A DNA stretch of 64,000 bases from positions 32,001 to 96,000 of IMG/VR virus record IMGVR_UViG_3300022752_000024. One strand, written 5' to 3'. The position numbers were made by a program, and so were the translations under genes. The notes under the pieces are model-generated. The model saw only the letters and a list, made by a program, of their open reading frames with translations. It was not told where the DNA came from and did not search any database. The DNA is from a virus. Shown here piece by piece: positions 1-9,349 of this stretch. Every line of letters begins with the position of its first letter. Positions within the stretch are counted from its first letter, which is position 1.

Positions 1-780
1 CGTCATATCATGGTTAGATATTTCTTTAATCTCTGATTCTTTATCATTATAAATGACTTTATGAAACATTACATTAGGGTTCTCAACAAATACAAGGTGT
101 CGAGTATCAAGATCAAAAATATGGAAACCACGAGGATCCTTATAGTCTTGCCATGTAAGTTCATATGGGTTACCCAAGTAGTAAATCCCATTAGCAGAAG
201 ATTTATGATGATAGTGCCCACTAAAAGTAAATTCAAACTTGCGGAAAATTTCACGATTTAATCCTTCTTCTGATGGCATTCCTTTATGCATTGCAAACCC
301 TGCAATTTCAAAATGACCCATACAGATATCAGAAGTTGACTCTTTAATGAACTGCATAGCTTCATCATAATTATCTGAACATATCCATGGTATCATACAA
401 ATTTGATGTGAACCTACATGAATATGTTCTGGGCTATCAATCACATGAATGTTACCATATTCTTGTAGTAGCAAATCGACCGAATTAACATCATTGGTAT
501 TCTTGAAATATGTATCATGATTACCAGCTAACATGAATACTTCAATACCTTCTTCATTTAAAATATCGAAGAACATCTCTTTGGTTCTTTTTAATGTGTA
601 GAAGTTTACGTACTTTCTTCTATCAAAAGTATCACCAAGTATTAATACTTGGCGTATACCTTCTTCTCTTAATTTTGGAAAAAAAGTTTCTTTGTAAAAT
701 TTTTCATAATAGTCCAAAAATACAAGAGCGTCATTCCTAGCTCCAAAATGCTGGTCCGTGATTATTGCTACTTTCGACAT
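1..780 (-). CDS. gp47: Recombination endonuclease subunit (Mre11/SbcD-like metallophosphoesterase), 3'-partial
   Basis: Not in ORF track (runs off the window). Manual translation from ATG at 780: MSKVAIITDQHFGARND...LGDTFDRRK...AGNHDTYFKNTN...MGHFE...FSGHYH, the metallophosphoesterase motifs of T4 gp47; lies downstream of gp55. Confidence 0.93.
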   Translation of the reverse strand, partial: MSKVAIITDQHFGARNDALVFLDYYEKFYKETFFPKLREEGIRQVLILGDTFDRRKYVNFYTLKRTKEMFFDILNEEGIEVFMLAGNHDTYFKNTNDVNSVDLLLQEYGNIHVIDSPEHIHVGSHQICMIPWICSDNYDEAMQFIKESTSDICMGHFEIAGFAMHKGMPSEEGLNREIFRKFEFTFSGHYHHKSSANGIYYLGNPYELTWQDYKDPRGFHIFDLDTRHLVFVENPNVMFHKVIYNDKESEIKEISNHDMT

Positions 781-1229
781 TCATTATATTCCTTATTCAT
801 TTTTCGCAGTTTCAATGCTTCTGCATCATATACACGTTTACGTAAGGACGAACTACTGTAAGGATGTTCTCTTTCATGGTAATGTAATTCCATGCCATGA
901 TCTAGGCACCATTGTTTACCAGTAAAATCTTTTGTTTTGTATTCGTCACCAAGAAAACGAATATCAATATGTTGAGTCTTTAGAATATTCAGTAAATCTT
1001 CTTCGGTATGGTATACAATAACTTCATCTACGTAACGACATGCGGAAACACACACATGTCTTTCATATACAGACATGATTGGTTTATTTTTTGTGTCAGG
1101 ACGATCTACTGTTGGGTCAACTTGAATAGCCACGATCAAATAGTCACAATGTCTCTTTTCTTCTTTAAGCATAGTAACATGCCCAGCATGAAACAAGTCA
1201 AATGTGCTACAATTAAATCCAATTTTCAT
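768..1229 (-). CDS. Cytidylyltransferase (TagD/glycerol-3-phosphate cytidylyltransferase-like)
   Basis: N-terminal TFDLFHAGH (HxGH motif) and C-terminal YSSSSLR motif of the cytidylyltransferase family. Confidence 0.85.
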   Translation of the reverse strand: MKIGFNCSTFDLFHAGHVTMLKEEKRHCDYLIVAIQVDPTVDRPDTKNKPIMSVYERHVCVSACRYVDEVIVYHTEEDLLNILKTQHIDIRFLGDEYKTKDFTGKQWCLDHGMELHYHEREHPYSSSSLRKRVYDAEALKLRKMNKEYNECRK

Positions 1230-2007
1230 TATTCAACTCCTTAATGCATTCATCAAGAGATTCATCAGTTGATCTAATCTTATAAACAGATTCTAACTTA
1301 TCAGTATTCAAAACACAGTTAGAACGAGGTGCAATTACTGAATTTTTAAATTGTTCTTCAGTAAACCACTCTTTGTTTAAACCCATCTTATCAGAAATTT
1401 TCTTTGTTGTTGTAGATCCTACATTACACAAATTGTAAATTCCATAGTCTGGTCTATTCTTATAGAAGAATACGGCAACTTTTGCAATATCATAAACACA
1501 ACTCACGGAATTTTCTTTATCGATCAGTTTATTATATTTGCTTAATTTTGTCAATAGACTTTTTGGATTATTTGTGTCACAAAACGGCATTCTTACTCTC
1601 ATTAGGTAAGATTTTTCCATATAATGACTAAGCAGTTCTTGTGCAAGAGTTTTGGATGCACTGTAGAATGATGCATTGTCAAAATTAAAGTTTGGTGTAT
1701 CTGTCTCTAACCAACCACCATCTTTGTAACCAGTATAAACGCAACCGGATAAAATATGCATAATAGGAACAGATGTTGTTCTTTCCAGATTCAATGGAAA
1801 CAAAACATTGCCTTCAATGGTTGTTTGTTTGTTATGTTCGCAGGCATCTACATTTGGAACACCAGTGTATCCTGCACAATTAATAATGTAACTTGTATCT
1901 GTAGGAACAGAGTCTTTGTGAGAAATCCAGTTATATTCTAAACCTTCTTGTTCCAATTCTTTTTGTATAAAACTTCCAATATAACCATGTCCAATCAATG
2001 TAATCAT
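1213..2007 (-). CDS. NAD(P)-dependent nucleotide-sugar epimerase/reductase (RmlD / NRS-ER-like)
   Basis: Rossmann GHGYIG, NCAGYTGVPNVDACE, catalytic YxxxK (YSASK), RMP and PRSNCVL motifs. Confidence 0.82.
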   Translation of the reverse strand: MITLIGHGYIGSFIQKELEQEGLEYNWISHKDSVPTDTSYIINCAGYTGVPNVDACEHNKQTTIEGNVLFPLNLERTTSVPIMHILSGCVYTGYKDGGWLETDTPNFNFDNASFYSASKTLAQELLSHYMEKSYLMRVRMPFCDTNNPKSLLTKLSKYNKLIDKENSVSCVYDIAKVAVFFYKNRPDYGIYNLCNVGSTTTKKISDKMGLNKEWFTEEQFKNSVIAPRSNCVLNTDKLESVYKIRSTDESLDECIKELNNENWI

Positions 2008-2010
2008 AAA

Positions 2011-2553
2011 TCACCCTTCAATAAATTTTTCAAGTCCTTTTGGTTTTTTTGCTGCATCTTTTTCTGCTTTCTTTGCATTTTTGGCCTCTTCATAGCTTTC
2101 TATAAATTCAGAAATATTATCATATAATTCAAACTGTCTTGTAGTACCATCTTCAAATTCCATCATTTCATATTCATCTAAAATACCAACTTGTTCGGTA
2201 GTTTTATATTTGATATATAATTGCTTCTTTTCTTTTTGGATTCGGCGAAGAAACGCATAGTATATAATTTGAGTGAAATATGCGAATGGATTGGTTGACT
2301 TTTCTGGATTAAAATTTTCAAAGTACATCAAACAATTTTCAATGCCATCTGAAATCATCTCATCACGATAGGTATAATTGATGAAGTTTGGTTTGTGTGA
2401 GAGTCCTTCAGCGATTTTCATGAAACATTCACCAATATAGTTCGGTACAATTGGTTTTTCAGTTTCATCGATAAGTGCTTGTTTACAATCGGCTTTATAC
2501 TTAACTAGTGCTTTGAGAAAATCTTCATTGTTTACATAGTGCTTTTGTTTCAT
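2011..2553 (-). CDS. gp55: Late transcription sigma factor
   Basis: HYVNN..., YIGECFMKIAEGLSHKPNFINYTYRDEMISDGIENC, NPFAYFTQIIYYAFLRRIQKEKKQ. ATG at 2553 preferred over the TTG at 2580 given in the track. Confidence 0.96.
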   Translation of the reverse strand: MKQKHYVNNEDFLKALVKYKADCKQALIDETEKPIVPNYIGECFMKIAEGLSHKPNFINYTYRDEMISDGIENCLMYFENFNPEKSTNPFAYFTQIIYYAFLRRIQKEKKQLYIKYKTTEQVGILDEYEMMEFEDGTTRQFELYDNISEFIESYEEAKNAKKAEKDAAKKPKGLEKFIEG

Positions 2554-2573
2554 AAGTTTACCATAAAAAAGTG

Positions 2574-2602
2574 TTGACAAAGACTTGACAAGGTTATATA
2601 CT
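2574..2602 (+). promoter_or_regulatory. Consensus sigma70-type promoter oriented antisense to surrounding genes
   Basis: TTGACA (2574-2579), 17 nt, TATACT (2597-2602); a second TTGACA at 2585-2590. Confidence 0.65.
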
Positions 2603-2637
2603 GAGTATGTCCAGAATGATGCTAATAAAAGGATTAA

Positions 2638-3018
2638 TTAATGTAATGTGCTTTCACTTCTATCATCCATTGCTTCAATCATACTCGCAATCTCATCATC
2701 AGTTAGTTTAGCTACTTCTTCTCTCGCTTTATCTATATTGTGTACAGCTTTCAAAGTACCAAGATAGTGATCCACAAAAGTATCAGTAGGTTCAAATTTA
2801 GTTAAAATATCATTATCATAAATCTTACATTCATTTACTTTGATAATTGTTGATGGTGCCCAACTTGCAAGAGTTAGTATTTGTTTCTGGCTACGATGAT
2901 CTTCTTCCATTATGATACAGAAAGCATCTTTAATGTAGCAAGTAGCATAATCATCTTCAACAACAAAACCAATAAGATCCTCACCAGTCTTTAATCGAAC
3001 GATTTTAATTTGTTCCAT
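2638..3018 (-). CDS. Conserved hypothetical protein (Sm-like N-terminus) between uvsW and gp55
   Basis: IKIVRLKTGEDLIG start; overlaps the uvsW stop; usual syntenic position in aquatic T4-like phages. Confidence 0.7.
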   Translation of the reverse strand: MEQIKIVRLKTGEDLIGFVVEDDYATCYIKDAFCIIMEEDHRSQKQILTLASWAPSTIIKVNECKIYDNDILTKFEPTDTFVDHYLGTLKAVHNIDKAREEVAKLTDDEIASMIEAMDDRSESTLH

Positions 3019-4534
3019 CTTTGAGTCCTATCTTATAGAGTTTGTATTTGAAACCCTCATCAGTATATATCTTCACCCGTTCCACAAAGTGCCTTAACGT
3101 AAAATTCATATATTTGTTGATTCTGAGGTCGTCTGCGATGTCATATAGTGTTGCTCTTTCTTTTGTTTCTCCTTTGCGAAGTCCTCTGCCGATTGATTGT
3201 AGATTTCGGATTCTAGACTTACTTGGTGACGCAAAGATAATGTTATGTAAATTCCGTATATTAATACCGGTACTAAAAGTACCGAAAGAAGCAATAACAA
3301 TAGCATCATTTTCTTTCTCCATAATTCTTCTAATGTTTTCTCTATCGTCTGTGTCTGTTCCACCATGAACAAAAAAGACTTTACGATTGCCTATATTTTT
3401 GGCACTGGTAATCTTATCATACAGGACTTGCCCATGTTTGTCAACAAATTGATACAAAATTAATGTATTTGTACCAAGAGAAAGTGCTAGATTTTTAATG
3501 AATCGGTTTCTTGGTTCTGATGATATTAGATACTCTATTTCATCTTTATATTCTTTGCCTTTTAGTTCTTTTGCTTTTTCATCTGGATGTTTAAGAACAA
3601 GACATTTAATTTCAAATTCTGCTAATTGTTTATTGTCAATAAGTTCTTTGGTTGAAGTTACTTTCTCTACTGGTCCAAAAAGACCTTCAAGTACAAGTTT
3701 GTGTGTTTTTGTTCCATCTAATGTACCAGTAAGACCTATACGATATTTTGTATTAATACAAGAAGTCATAATAGTAGTAAGAGATTGTGCCTTAAATAGG
3801 TGAGCTTCATCTCCAATGATATAATCAAACTGCTCAAAGTATTCAGAAGGCATCTTATATAAAGATTGCCAAGTAGATATGATAAGTTTTTTATCAGAAA
3901 CTTTATCTTTACCTTGATATACTCGATGTATGTTCTTTTCTACATCAAATCCATTTTTTGATGAGTAGTCTGCAAAGTCAGTATATAACTGCTCCACTAG
4001 TGATGTAGTCGGGACTATAATTAACCCCTTGTAGCCCTTGTAGTCAAGGAATTGACGTATAAAAAGGTAGATGATAAGAGACTTACCCGAAGCAGTAGGA
4101 GACAGCAATAATGCTCTTTTATGTCGCATAGCATGAGTAAATGCTGCTAACTGATAATCTCTAGTTTCTATAGGTTTACCATGTGCATGTAGATCGAGTT
4201 CATCTACAAACTTTTTAGCTAAGTATAAAGAAAAGTCATCAGTCAAATCTGGTCTTGGATCACCATACTCGACGACATATTGTCTTTCTTCTGCAAAATT
4301 TTCAATGTATGGTAAAAGACCTAAGTATATGCTATTATTTCTTAGATCCATCAATCGAATCTTTCCGTCCCAGATTCGATTTCTAAATGCTGGAGTGAAT
4401 TGATGTCCCGGAACGTAGAACGTAAAGTATTCTGATAGTTCTTTAGCTAAATGTCTTTCACACTCAATAATGGCGTAAACTTCATTAGCTTTTGCAATTG
4501 TTATTTTATCTTGCGCCTTGGATAAATCGCTCAT
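3005..4534 (-). CDS. uvsW: SF2 DNA helicase UvsW
   Basis: RDYQ, SPTASGKS (Walker A), DEAH, GLTGT, QSIGRGLR; follows uvsY. Confidence 0.96.
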   Translation of the reverse strand: MSDLSKAQDKITIAKANEVYAIIECERHLAKELSEYFTFYVPGHQFTPAFRNRIWDGKIRLMDLRNNSIYLGLLPYIENFAEERQYVVEYGDPRPDLTDDFSLYLAKKFVDELDLHAHGKPIETRDYQLAAFTHAMRHKRALLLSPTASGKSLIIYLFIRQFLDYKGYKGLIIVPTTSLVEQLYTDFADYSSKNGFDVEKNIHRVYQGKDKVSDKKLIISTWQSLYKMPSEYFEQFDYIIGDEAHLFKAQSLTTIMTSCINTKYRIGLTGTLDGTKTHKLVLEGLFGPVEKVTSTKELIDNKQLAEFEIKCLVLKHPDEKAKELKGKEYKDEIEYLISSEPRNRFIKNLALSLGTNTLILYQFVDKHGQVLYDKITSAKNIGNRKVFFVHGGTDTDDRENIRRIMEKENDAIVIASFGTFSTGINIRNLHNIIFASPSKSRIRNLQSIGRGLRKGETKERATLYDIADDLRINKYMNFTLRHFVERVKIYTDEGFKYKLYKIGLKDGTN

Positions 4535-4943
4535 GTGTCATGTGTTCACGAAGTTGCCATGTTCTGTTAGCCAATTCTTTAAGAATAGCTGTGCAAACAT
4601 CAACGACTTCTTCATGATATACCTTTTTCTCTAGTAGTTTTATTAAATCGCCGTCCGATTCCAAATAGGTTGTCACGTCGGATTTGAGGGTAAAACGAAA
4701 AGGTTCCCACCCATATTCTTTAAGATCATCTTCATCCATTTTACCTGTATAGTATTCCCATTTGATTTTCTTCATTCTATGATAATCAAACGTAGCTTTC
4801 TTGACAGCAATTTTATGTTTAGTCATAATATTGAGATATTTGCTATGCAGATTTGGAATACGAATAATCTCACGAGAAGGTTCAGTCTCATCAACGACAG
4901 AATCTTTTTCCCATAACTTTAATACTTGCTCTAAGTTTTCCAT
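4506..4943 (-). CDS. uvsY: Recombination mediator UvsY
   Basis: IPNLHSKY, KWEYYTGK, NRTWQ motifs; between gp3 and uvsW; ATG at 4943 lies downstream of a sigma70 promoter. Confidence 0.88.
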   Translation of the reverse strand: MENLEQVLKLWEKDSVVDETEPSREIIRIPNLHSKYLNIMTKHKIAVKKATFDYHRMKKIKWEYYTGKMDEDDLKEYGWEPFRFTLKSDVTTYLESDGDLIKLLEKKVYHEEVVDVCTAILKELANRTWQLREHMTHERFIQGAR

Positions 4944-4973
4944 AATTAAATTTAAAAATAATATTAGACTCAC

Positions 4974-5002
4974 ATTATAACACAATAATTATAACTATGC
5001 AA
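4974..5002 (-). promoter_or_regulatory. sigma70-type (early/middle) promoter for uvsY-uvsW
   Basis: Minus strand TTGCAT, 17 nt, TATAAT, about 30 nt upstream of the uvsY ATG. Confidence 0.7.
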
Positions 5003-5010
5003 GCTTTTTG

Positions 5011-5538
5011 TTAATATCTGGTAACGTTGAAGTATGAGAATCTGAAAGAACAGTCGGCAGTAATGGTTGTAGTATTTTCATCCGTGGTACTAAAAATAAT
5101 AGATGATAGTGTGGTTGGAAACATATCCACAAATTGTAGACTTATTTTTGGATTGTTTAATGAAGAAAGAATGGTTAAGGTACCATCTGCATACTGTGGA
5201 GATGGACCGGTTGCAACTGGACTTAAATTTCTAAGATTTTTGTATTGATCAAAGTTGTTGGGAAAAGTCAAACCTTTAATCCAATCATGCAACTGCATCC
5301 ATGCTCTGAGTTCTTCATCGACAATAAATGTTATATTGAAAAGCTCATATTGAATCTTGTTTCCTGGTTTATATAGTTCCACAAAAGGAGTGTTTTGAGC
5401 TAATTCCGATAGAGAAACTCCTGGCATATTAACTTGTTGACAGAAGTATTGTGTATTATTAATTCTAGGAAAACTCAATACAAACTTTGTAGTTTGTAAA
5501 AAATTTGTATTATCTGGTTGCGGAATTAGTTGTGCCAT
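5011..5538 (-). CDS. gp3: Tail completion / tail tube terminator
   Basis: NFLQTTKF...YFCQQVNMPG...FIVDEEL...MFPTTLS; position after gp23. Confidence 0.85.
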   Translation of the reverse strand: MAQLIPQPDNTNFLQTTKFVLSFPRINNTQYFCQQVNMPGVSLSELAQNTPFVELYKPGNKIQYELFNITFIVDEELRAWMQLHDWIKGLTFPNNFDQYKNLRNLSPVATGPSPQYADGTLTILSSLNNPKISLQFVDMFPTTLSSIIFSTTDENTTTITADCSFRFSYFNVTRY

Positions 5539-5557
5539 TATATCTCCTTGTATTGAC

Positions 5558-5565
5558 TATTTATG
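5558..5565 (-). promoter_or_regulatory. gp55-dependent late promoter (CATAAATA)
   Basis: T4 late TATAAATA-like box upstream of the gp3 RBS (AAGGAG). Confidence 0.7.
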
Positions 5566-5570
5566 AAGAT

Positions 5571-5599
5571 AAAAAAAGAGAGTCCCGAAGGACTCTCTT
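5571..5599 (-). terminator. Rho-independent terminator after gp23 (cUUCGg loop)
   Basis: AAGAGAGTCC-TTCG-GGACTCTCTT followed by a T run on the minus strand. Confidence 0.9.
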
Positions 5600-5626
5600 G
5601 AAATACCACTCTTACTGGTGGTTTTA

Positions 5627-6958
5627 TTACATTAAATTTTTCACGCCGAATATTCTATAGTACACGTTAGTTCTGGCATTAAGTGCACCATTACCAACAG
5701 TTGCACCTTGAGCAAATGGATTTGCAACCATGCCGTAACGGGTTTTGAAACCAATCTTTGGCTGGAAGGTGTACTGATCAACAGCACGAACCATTTGCAG
5801 TGGAACGTATGGGCAATAGAACAGACCAGCGTCATAAGGCGAAGAACCTTTATAACCGACTGTGACTAGTTCTTGATTGCTTGTGTAACCACCAAAGTAT
5901 GGATCGATGTATACTTTGATACGACCATGCAACAGACCAGCAAAAGTATTGCCTGTATCGTCAACTTGCAGATCAGCTTGTAGAGCAGGTGTATACTGTA
6001 GTACACCAGCCATAGCCATAGCAGAAGCAACGTCAGAAGAAACGATCAGAACGTTACCTTTACCTCTACGAGTTTGCTTTGCGATAGTGTTAGCATCACG
6101 TTCGATTTGGAAAATTAGACCTTTGAAACGCTCAACAGACCAACGACCATTTGAGTCTGTATCTAAGTCAAAGTAACCAGCAGTAGTTGTTCCGTACTGA
6201 GCACCCGATACAGCAGTTGCATAAATTGTACGAATAACTTCACGGTTAATTTCAGCTAAGATTTCTGTCGAAAGAATGTTCGACAATTCTGTTTCAGCAT
6301 CCAAACCATGAATTGCTTTCAAGTCTTGTGCTAATTCTAGCGAGTATTCTGCTTTCAAAGCACGGGATTGAGCAGTTACGGAAACTTTCTCAATGCTGAA
6401 TGCCATCTGTTGAAATACAGAACCAGTATCAGTACCTAACAATTCAGCAGTGGCAGTTGGAATACCAATACCAGTAGTGAATGCATTAGCAGTCAAGTTT
6501 GCAACTGGATTTGTACCTGTATCACTAGTTGTTTGAGTGCCTCTGAAACCGTATGGGTTAGCAGAAGAATCTGTACCAGAAAATCGAGTGTTTGCTTCGT
6601 TATAGAAAGCTTCAGAACCAGTCGATTGATTGTCGTACTTTGCTCTCATAGCAAAGATCAAACCAGTTGGACCTGTCATTGGTTGAACGCCAGCAACATC
6701 ATAAGCGATCAAGTTAGGCAATGCACGACGAACTAACGAAATCAAGATTGGGTCAAAGTTCTGAACACCACCTGCAACGTTAGTAGGACCAGCAGAGTTA
6801 ACTTCGCTCAAGAGTTGACCATCTTGCATCATTGCCTGCTGTTGGTTCTCTAGAACCATTGCAGTAACGGCTTTCTTATATGGATCTGTAATGGATGCTA
6901 ATTCTGGATGATCCAGAACTGGCTCCCATTTTGCTTTAAGTTGTTCGGATAAGTACAT
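5627..6958 (-). CDS. gp23: Major capsid protein
   Basis: DPILISLVRR, GVQPMTGPTGLIFAMR, SRALKAEYSLELAQDLKAIHGLDAE, FYCPYVPL, FQPKIGFKTRYG. Confidence 0.99.
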   Translation of the reverse strand: MYLSEQLKAKWEPVLDHPELASITDPYKKAVTAMVLENQQQAMMQDGQLLSEVNSAGPTNVAGGVQNFDPILISLVRRALPNLIAYDVAGVQPMTGPTGLIFAMRAKYDNQSTGSEAFYNEANTRFSGTDSSANPYGFRGTQTTSDTGTNPVANLTANAFTTGIGIPTATAELLGTDTGSVFQQMAFSIEKVSVTAQSRALKAEYSLELAQDLKAIHGLDAETELSNILSTEILAEINREVIRTIYATAVSGAQYGTTTAGYFDLDTDSNGRWSVERFKGLIFQIERDANTIAKQTRRGKGNVLIVSSDVASAMAMAGVLQYTPALQADLQVDDTGNTFAGLLHGRIKVYIDPYFGGYTSNQELVTVGYKGSSPYDAGLFYCPYVPLQMVRAVDQYTFQPKIGFKTRYGMVANPFAQGATVGNGALNARTNVYYRIFGVKNLM

Positions 6959-6998
6959 CTGTATCTCCTTTTGTTGTTTTTATTTGAATTTTTTGTTA

Positions 6999-8135
6999 TT
7001 ATTTTGCCACGGATTTCGTAATGGCTTGTGCATAATAGTTCATCATAGGATCAGAAGACTTAACTGCGGGTTTGTCTTCATCGTCATATTGAACTTCTTC
7101 ATTCAGACCTGAAGTTTCAGAGTATCTAACTTGACTTGGAAAATAAGATTCTTTAATAGTCTCTAGTTTCTCTGCAAAATCTTCTTCAGTAGTAAAATCA
7201 ACATTCTCTGCGAGTGCTTTTATTTTTTCTACTTGCGTCTGAGTCAGGCCTTCACATGCTGCGTGGATAGCCTCTAATTTTAAGTGTTCATTGATTTGTG
7301 TTGCGTATTCGACATTCTTTTGAATTTCTTCATTTAAAGCGTCTTCTAATTCTTCAACACGTCCAACCAATTCTTCAACTGCATCAACTTTTTCTTCAGG
7401 AATGTCAATATACGATTCTTCGAATAGTGATTTTAGTTTGCCAATAAATTCTTCGGTAATCTCAGAACGCAAACCTTTTTCAATAGCTAATTCATTTTGT
7501 TCCATCCATTCTAGAACCATATAATTTAGGTACCCATCTAGCTTCTCAGTTAGTTCTTCTTTAACTAGATCAACTGCTACCTCAAATTCCTCAGTCAGTT
7601 TAGTCTCAATCTGTTCAGCAATTGCTTCTACACGAGACATAACAGCAGCTTCAAAAATTGTTGTTGCTTTATTTTTGAATTCTTCAGATAGATTTTCGCC
7701 TTCTAACAACGCATCAACATCGTCACCCATATTAAGGTCTTCATAGAAATTTGCATTTGCATTTTTCATGAATGTTTGAGTGTGTGGATTAATTTTTTTA
7801 CCGTCACGGTGTTCGTCATCGTAAGAAATAACGTCAGCTTTTTTGATGTCCAAAAGATCAGTACGACCATCTGATTGTTGTGGCTGACCAGATAATTTCT
7901 TCATTGGCTCTGATCCAACAGGTGGAGTTGCTCCTGGTGGTGTAGCGGTTGGAACACCTTTAGTTGGATTTGGTGCAGGATCTTTAGATGCCATAGTAAC
8001 AGCAAGACCGATGCTGTCTACTTCTCCTACGGGACCTGCTGGTAATTTTGCGGGTTTATCTTGACCACCTCTTTTAGACGATACAGATGCATCTAAAATT
8101 TCTTTAGCGGCTTCAGAAAGATTGAATTTAGACAT
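6999..8135 (-). CDS. gp22: Prohead core scaffolding protein
   Basis: LSEEFKNKATTIFEAAV, acidic coiled coil, IKESYF; between gp21 and gp23. Confidence 0.93.
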   Translation of the reverse strand: MSKFNLSEAAKEILDASVSSKRGGQDKPAKLPAGPVGEVDSIGLAVTMASKDPAPNPTKGVPTATPPGATPPVGSEPMKKLSGQPQQSDGRTDLLDIKKADVISYDDEHRDGKKINPHTQTFMKNANANFYEDLNMGDDVDALLEGENLSEEFKNKATTIFEAAVMSRVEAIAEQIETKLTEEFEVAVDLVKEELTEKLDGYLNYMVLEWMEQNELAIEKGLRSEITEEFIGKLKSLFEESYIDIPEEKVDAVEELVGRVEELEDALNEEIQKNVEYATQINEHLKLEAIHAACEGLTQTQVEKIKALAENVDFTTEEDFAEKLETIKESYFPSQVRYSETSGLNEEVQYDDEDKPAVKSSDPMMNYYAQAITKSVAK

Positions 8136-8166
8136 TTTAAAACTCTCCTTGTTTTTCTATATTGGA

Positions 8167-8174
8167 TATTTATA
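8167..8174 (-). promoter_or_regulatory. Late promoter TATAAATA (gp22-gp23)
   Basis: Exact T4 late consensus upstream of the gp22 RBS. Confidence 0.85.
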
Positions 8175-8175
8175 A

Positions 8176-8820
8176 TTAAAGTTTTTTGATGAAGTTTTCA
8201 AATATGCGAAGACTTACTTGTTCGATCTCTTTTTTGCTTGCGCTACGAATTTGCTGTATTGCTTGAGATTGATCCATTTCAGTCCATATGCCGTTTACTA
8301 ACATCCATTCTTTTCCTTCCATGATACCTTCAACAAATGCTCCTGGTGCAGAAGGATCTGCTACGATATCAGCCGCTGTGGCGAGAAGAAAGTCTGATTG
8401 TACAACATTAACTCCGTTGACAAATTTAAGAGAACCCATGCCTCTTGATGAAACACCTAAACAGGCTCCACCATCAATAAGGTTCTTTGCAATATTTCCC
8501 ATAGGAGTATCTAGCACCTTTGCTTTACCAATCCATTGATTACCATCTTCATGCAATCCAGTAATTAAAATTGCAACACGGTCCAAATTGATTGTAGGAG
8601 AGTCAGGATGACCTAATTCTCCAAAAGCACGATTTTTATTAACATATTCTTCAGTATATCTACTAACTTCTTTTTTCATTGTATTGAATTCATAAAGACG
8701 GCCGTTCTTGTTTTTTCTTTCTGCTACAAGAAATGGTCCTTGAATAAACAACTGTTTATTGCCATCTTTTTCTTCGGTAAGATATTCTACCGCATCGTGA
8801 ACTTCTTTAATTAGCTTCAT
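8176..8820 (-). CDS. gp21: Prohead protease
   Basis: NKNGRLY, GELGHP, GVSSRGMGSL, DIVADPSAPGAFV. Confidence 0.97.
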   Translation of the reverse strand: MKLIKEVHDAVEYLTEEKDGNKQLFIQGPFLVAERKNKNGRLYEFNTMKKEVSRYTEEYVNKNRAFGELGHPDSPTINLDRVAILITGLHEDGNQWIGKAKVLDTPMGNIAKNLIDGGACLGVSSRGMGSLKFVNGVNVVQSDFLLATAADIVADPSAPGAFVEGIMEGKEWMLVNGIWTEMDQSQAIQQIRSASKKEIEQVSLRIFENFIKKL

Positions 8821-9347
8821 GGCGTTAATCCATATGGTGGGTAGTTAAACGCTGCTGGATCATTAAACTGACCAGCTTGGAAGTATCTATTGTCTTTATG
8901 TAATTCGATAATTAGAGTATATGCTGCGTTTGCTGTTGTACCAACTGTTTGAATAGTAATATTTCCTGTTGGGGCAGTCGCATTGTTCCAAATAGCAGGT
9001 AAGTTGTCGTTAGGATTGGTATCACCAGCACCTACTCCAAGAGCAAGAATTGTTTTATCGTTACCTGTACCTGTTCCTTGCCATTTTAATTGAAGGTGAC
9101 CAACCTCAGCATCCACGTTATATACTACTCGTTTAATGGTTACACAGTTAGCACCAAAACCAGATGGTAGAGTATTTGCTATTGTCCATTGACGTCCATT
9201 GGCATCTAATGTACCGCTCAGATATCTCGGATCAATAATAACTGTCTGAGTTTCGTCTCCTCCAGTAGCATCAAAAATACCAACACGTTTAATAATGGTT
9301 CTTTTTGTGGTATCAATTATAGTTTGTTGCGAATTAGATGTTGCCAT
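8817..9347 (-). CDS. Hypothetical virion-associated protein
   Basis: 176-aa ORF translationally coupled to gp21 (ATGA overlap), with RBS. Confidence 0.7.
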   Translation of the reverse strand: MATSNSQQTIIDTTKRTIIKRVGIFDATGGDETQTVIIDPRYLSGTLDANGRQWTIANTLPSGFGANCVTIKRVVYNVDAEVGHLQLKWQGTGTGNDKTILALGVGAGDTNPNDNLPAIWNNATAPTGNITIQTVGTTANAAYTLIIELHKDNRYFQAGQFNDPAAFNYPPYGLTP

Positions 9348-9349
9348 TT

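Noticed and set aside
61-261. Short ORFs 61-261 (+) and 69-254 (-)
   Set aside because: They lie within the gp47 reading frame that runs off the window edge.
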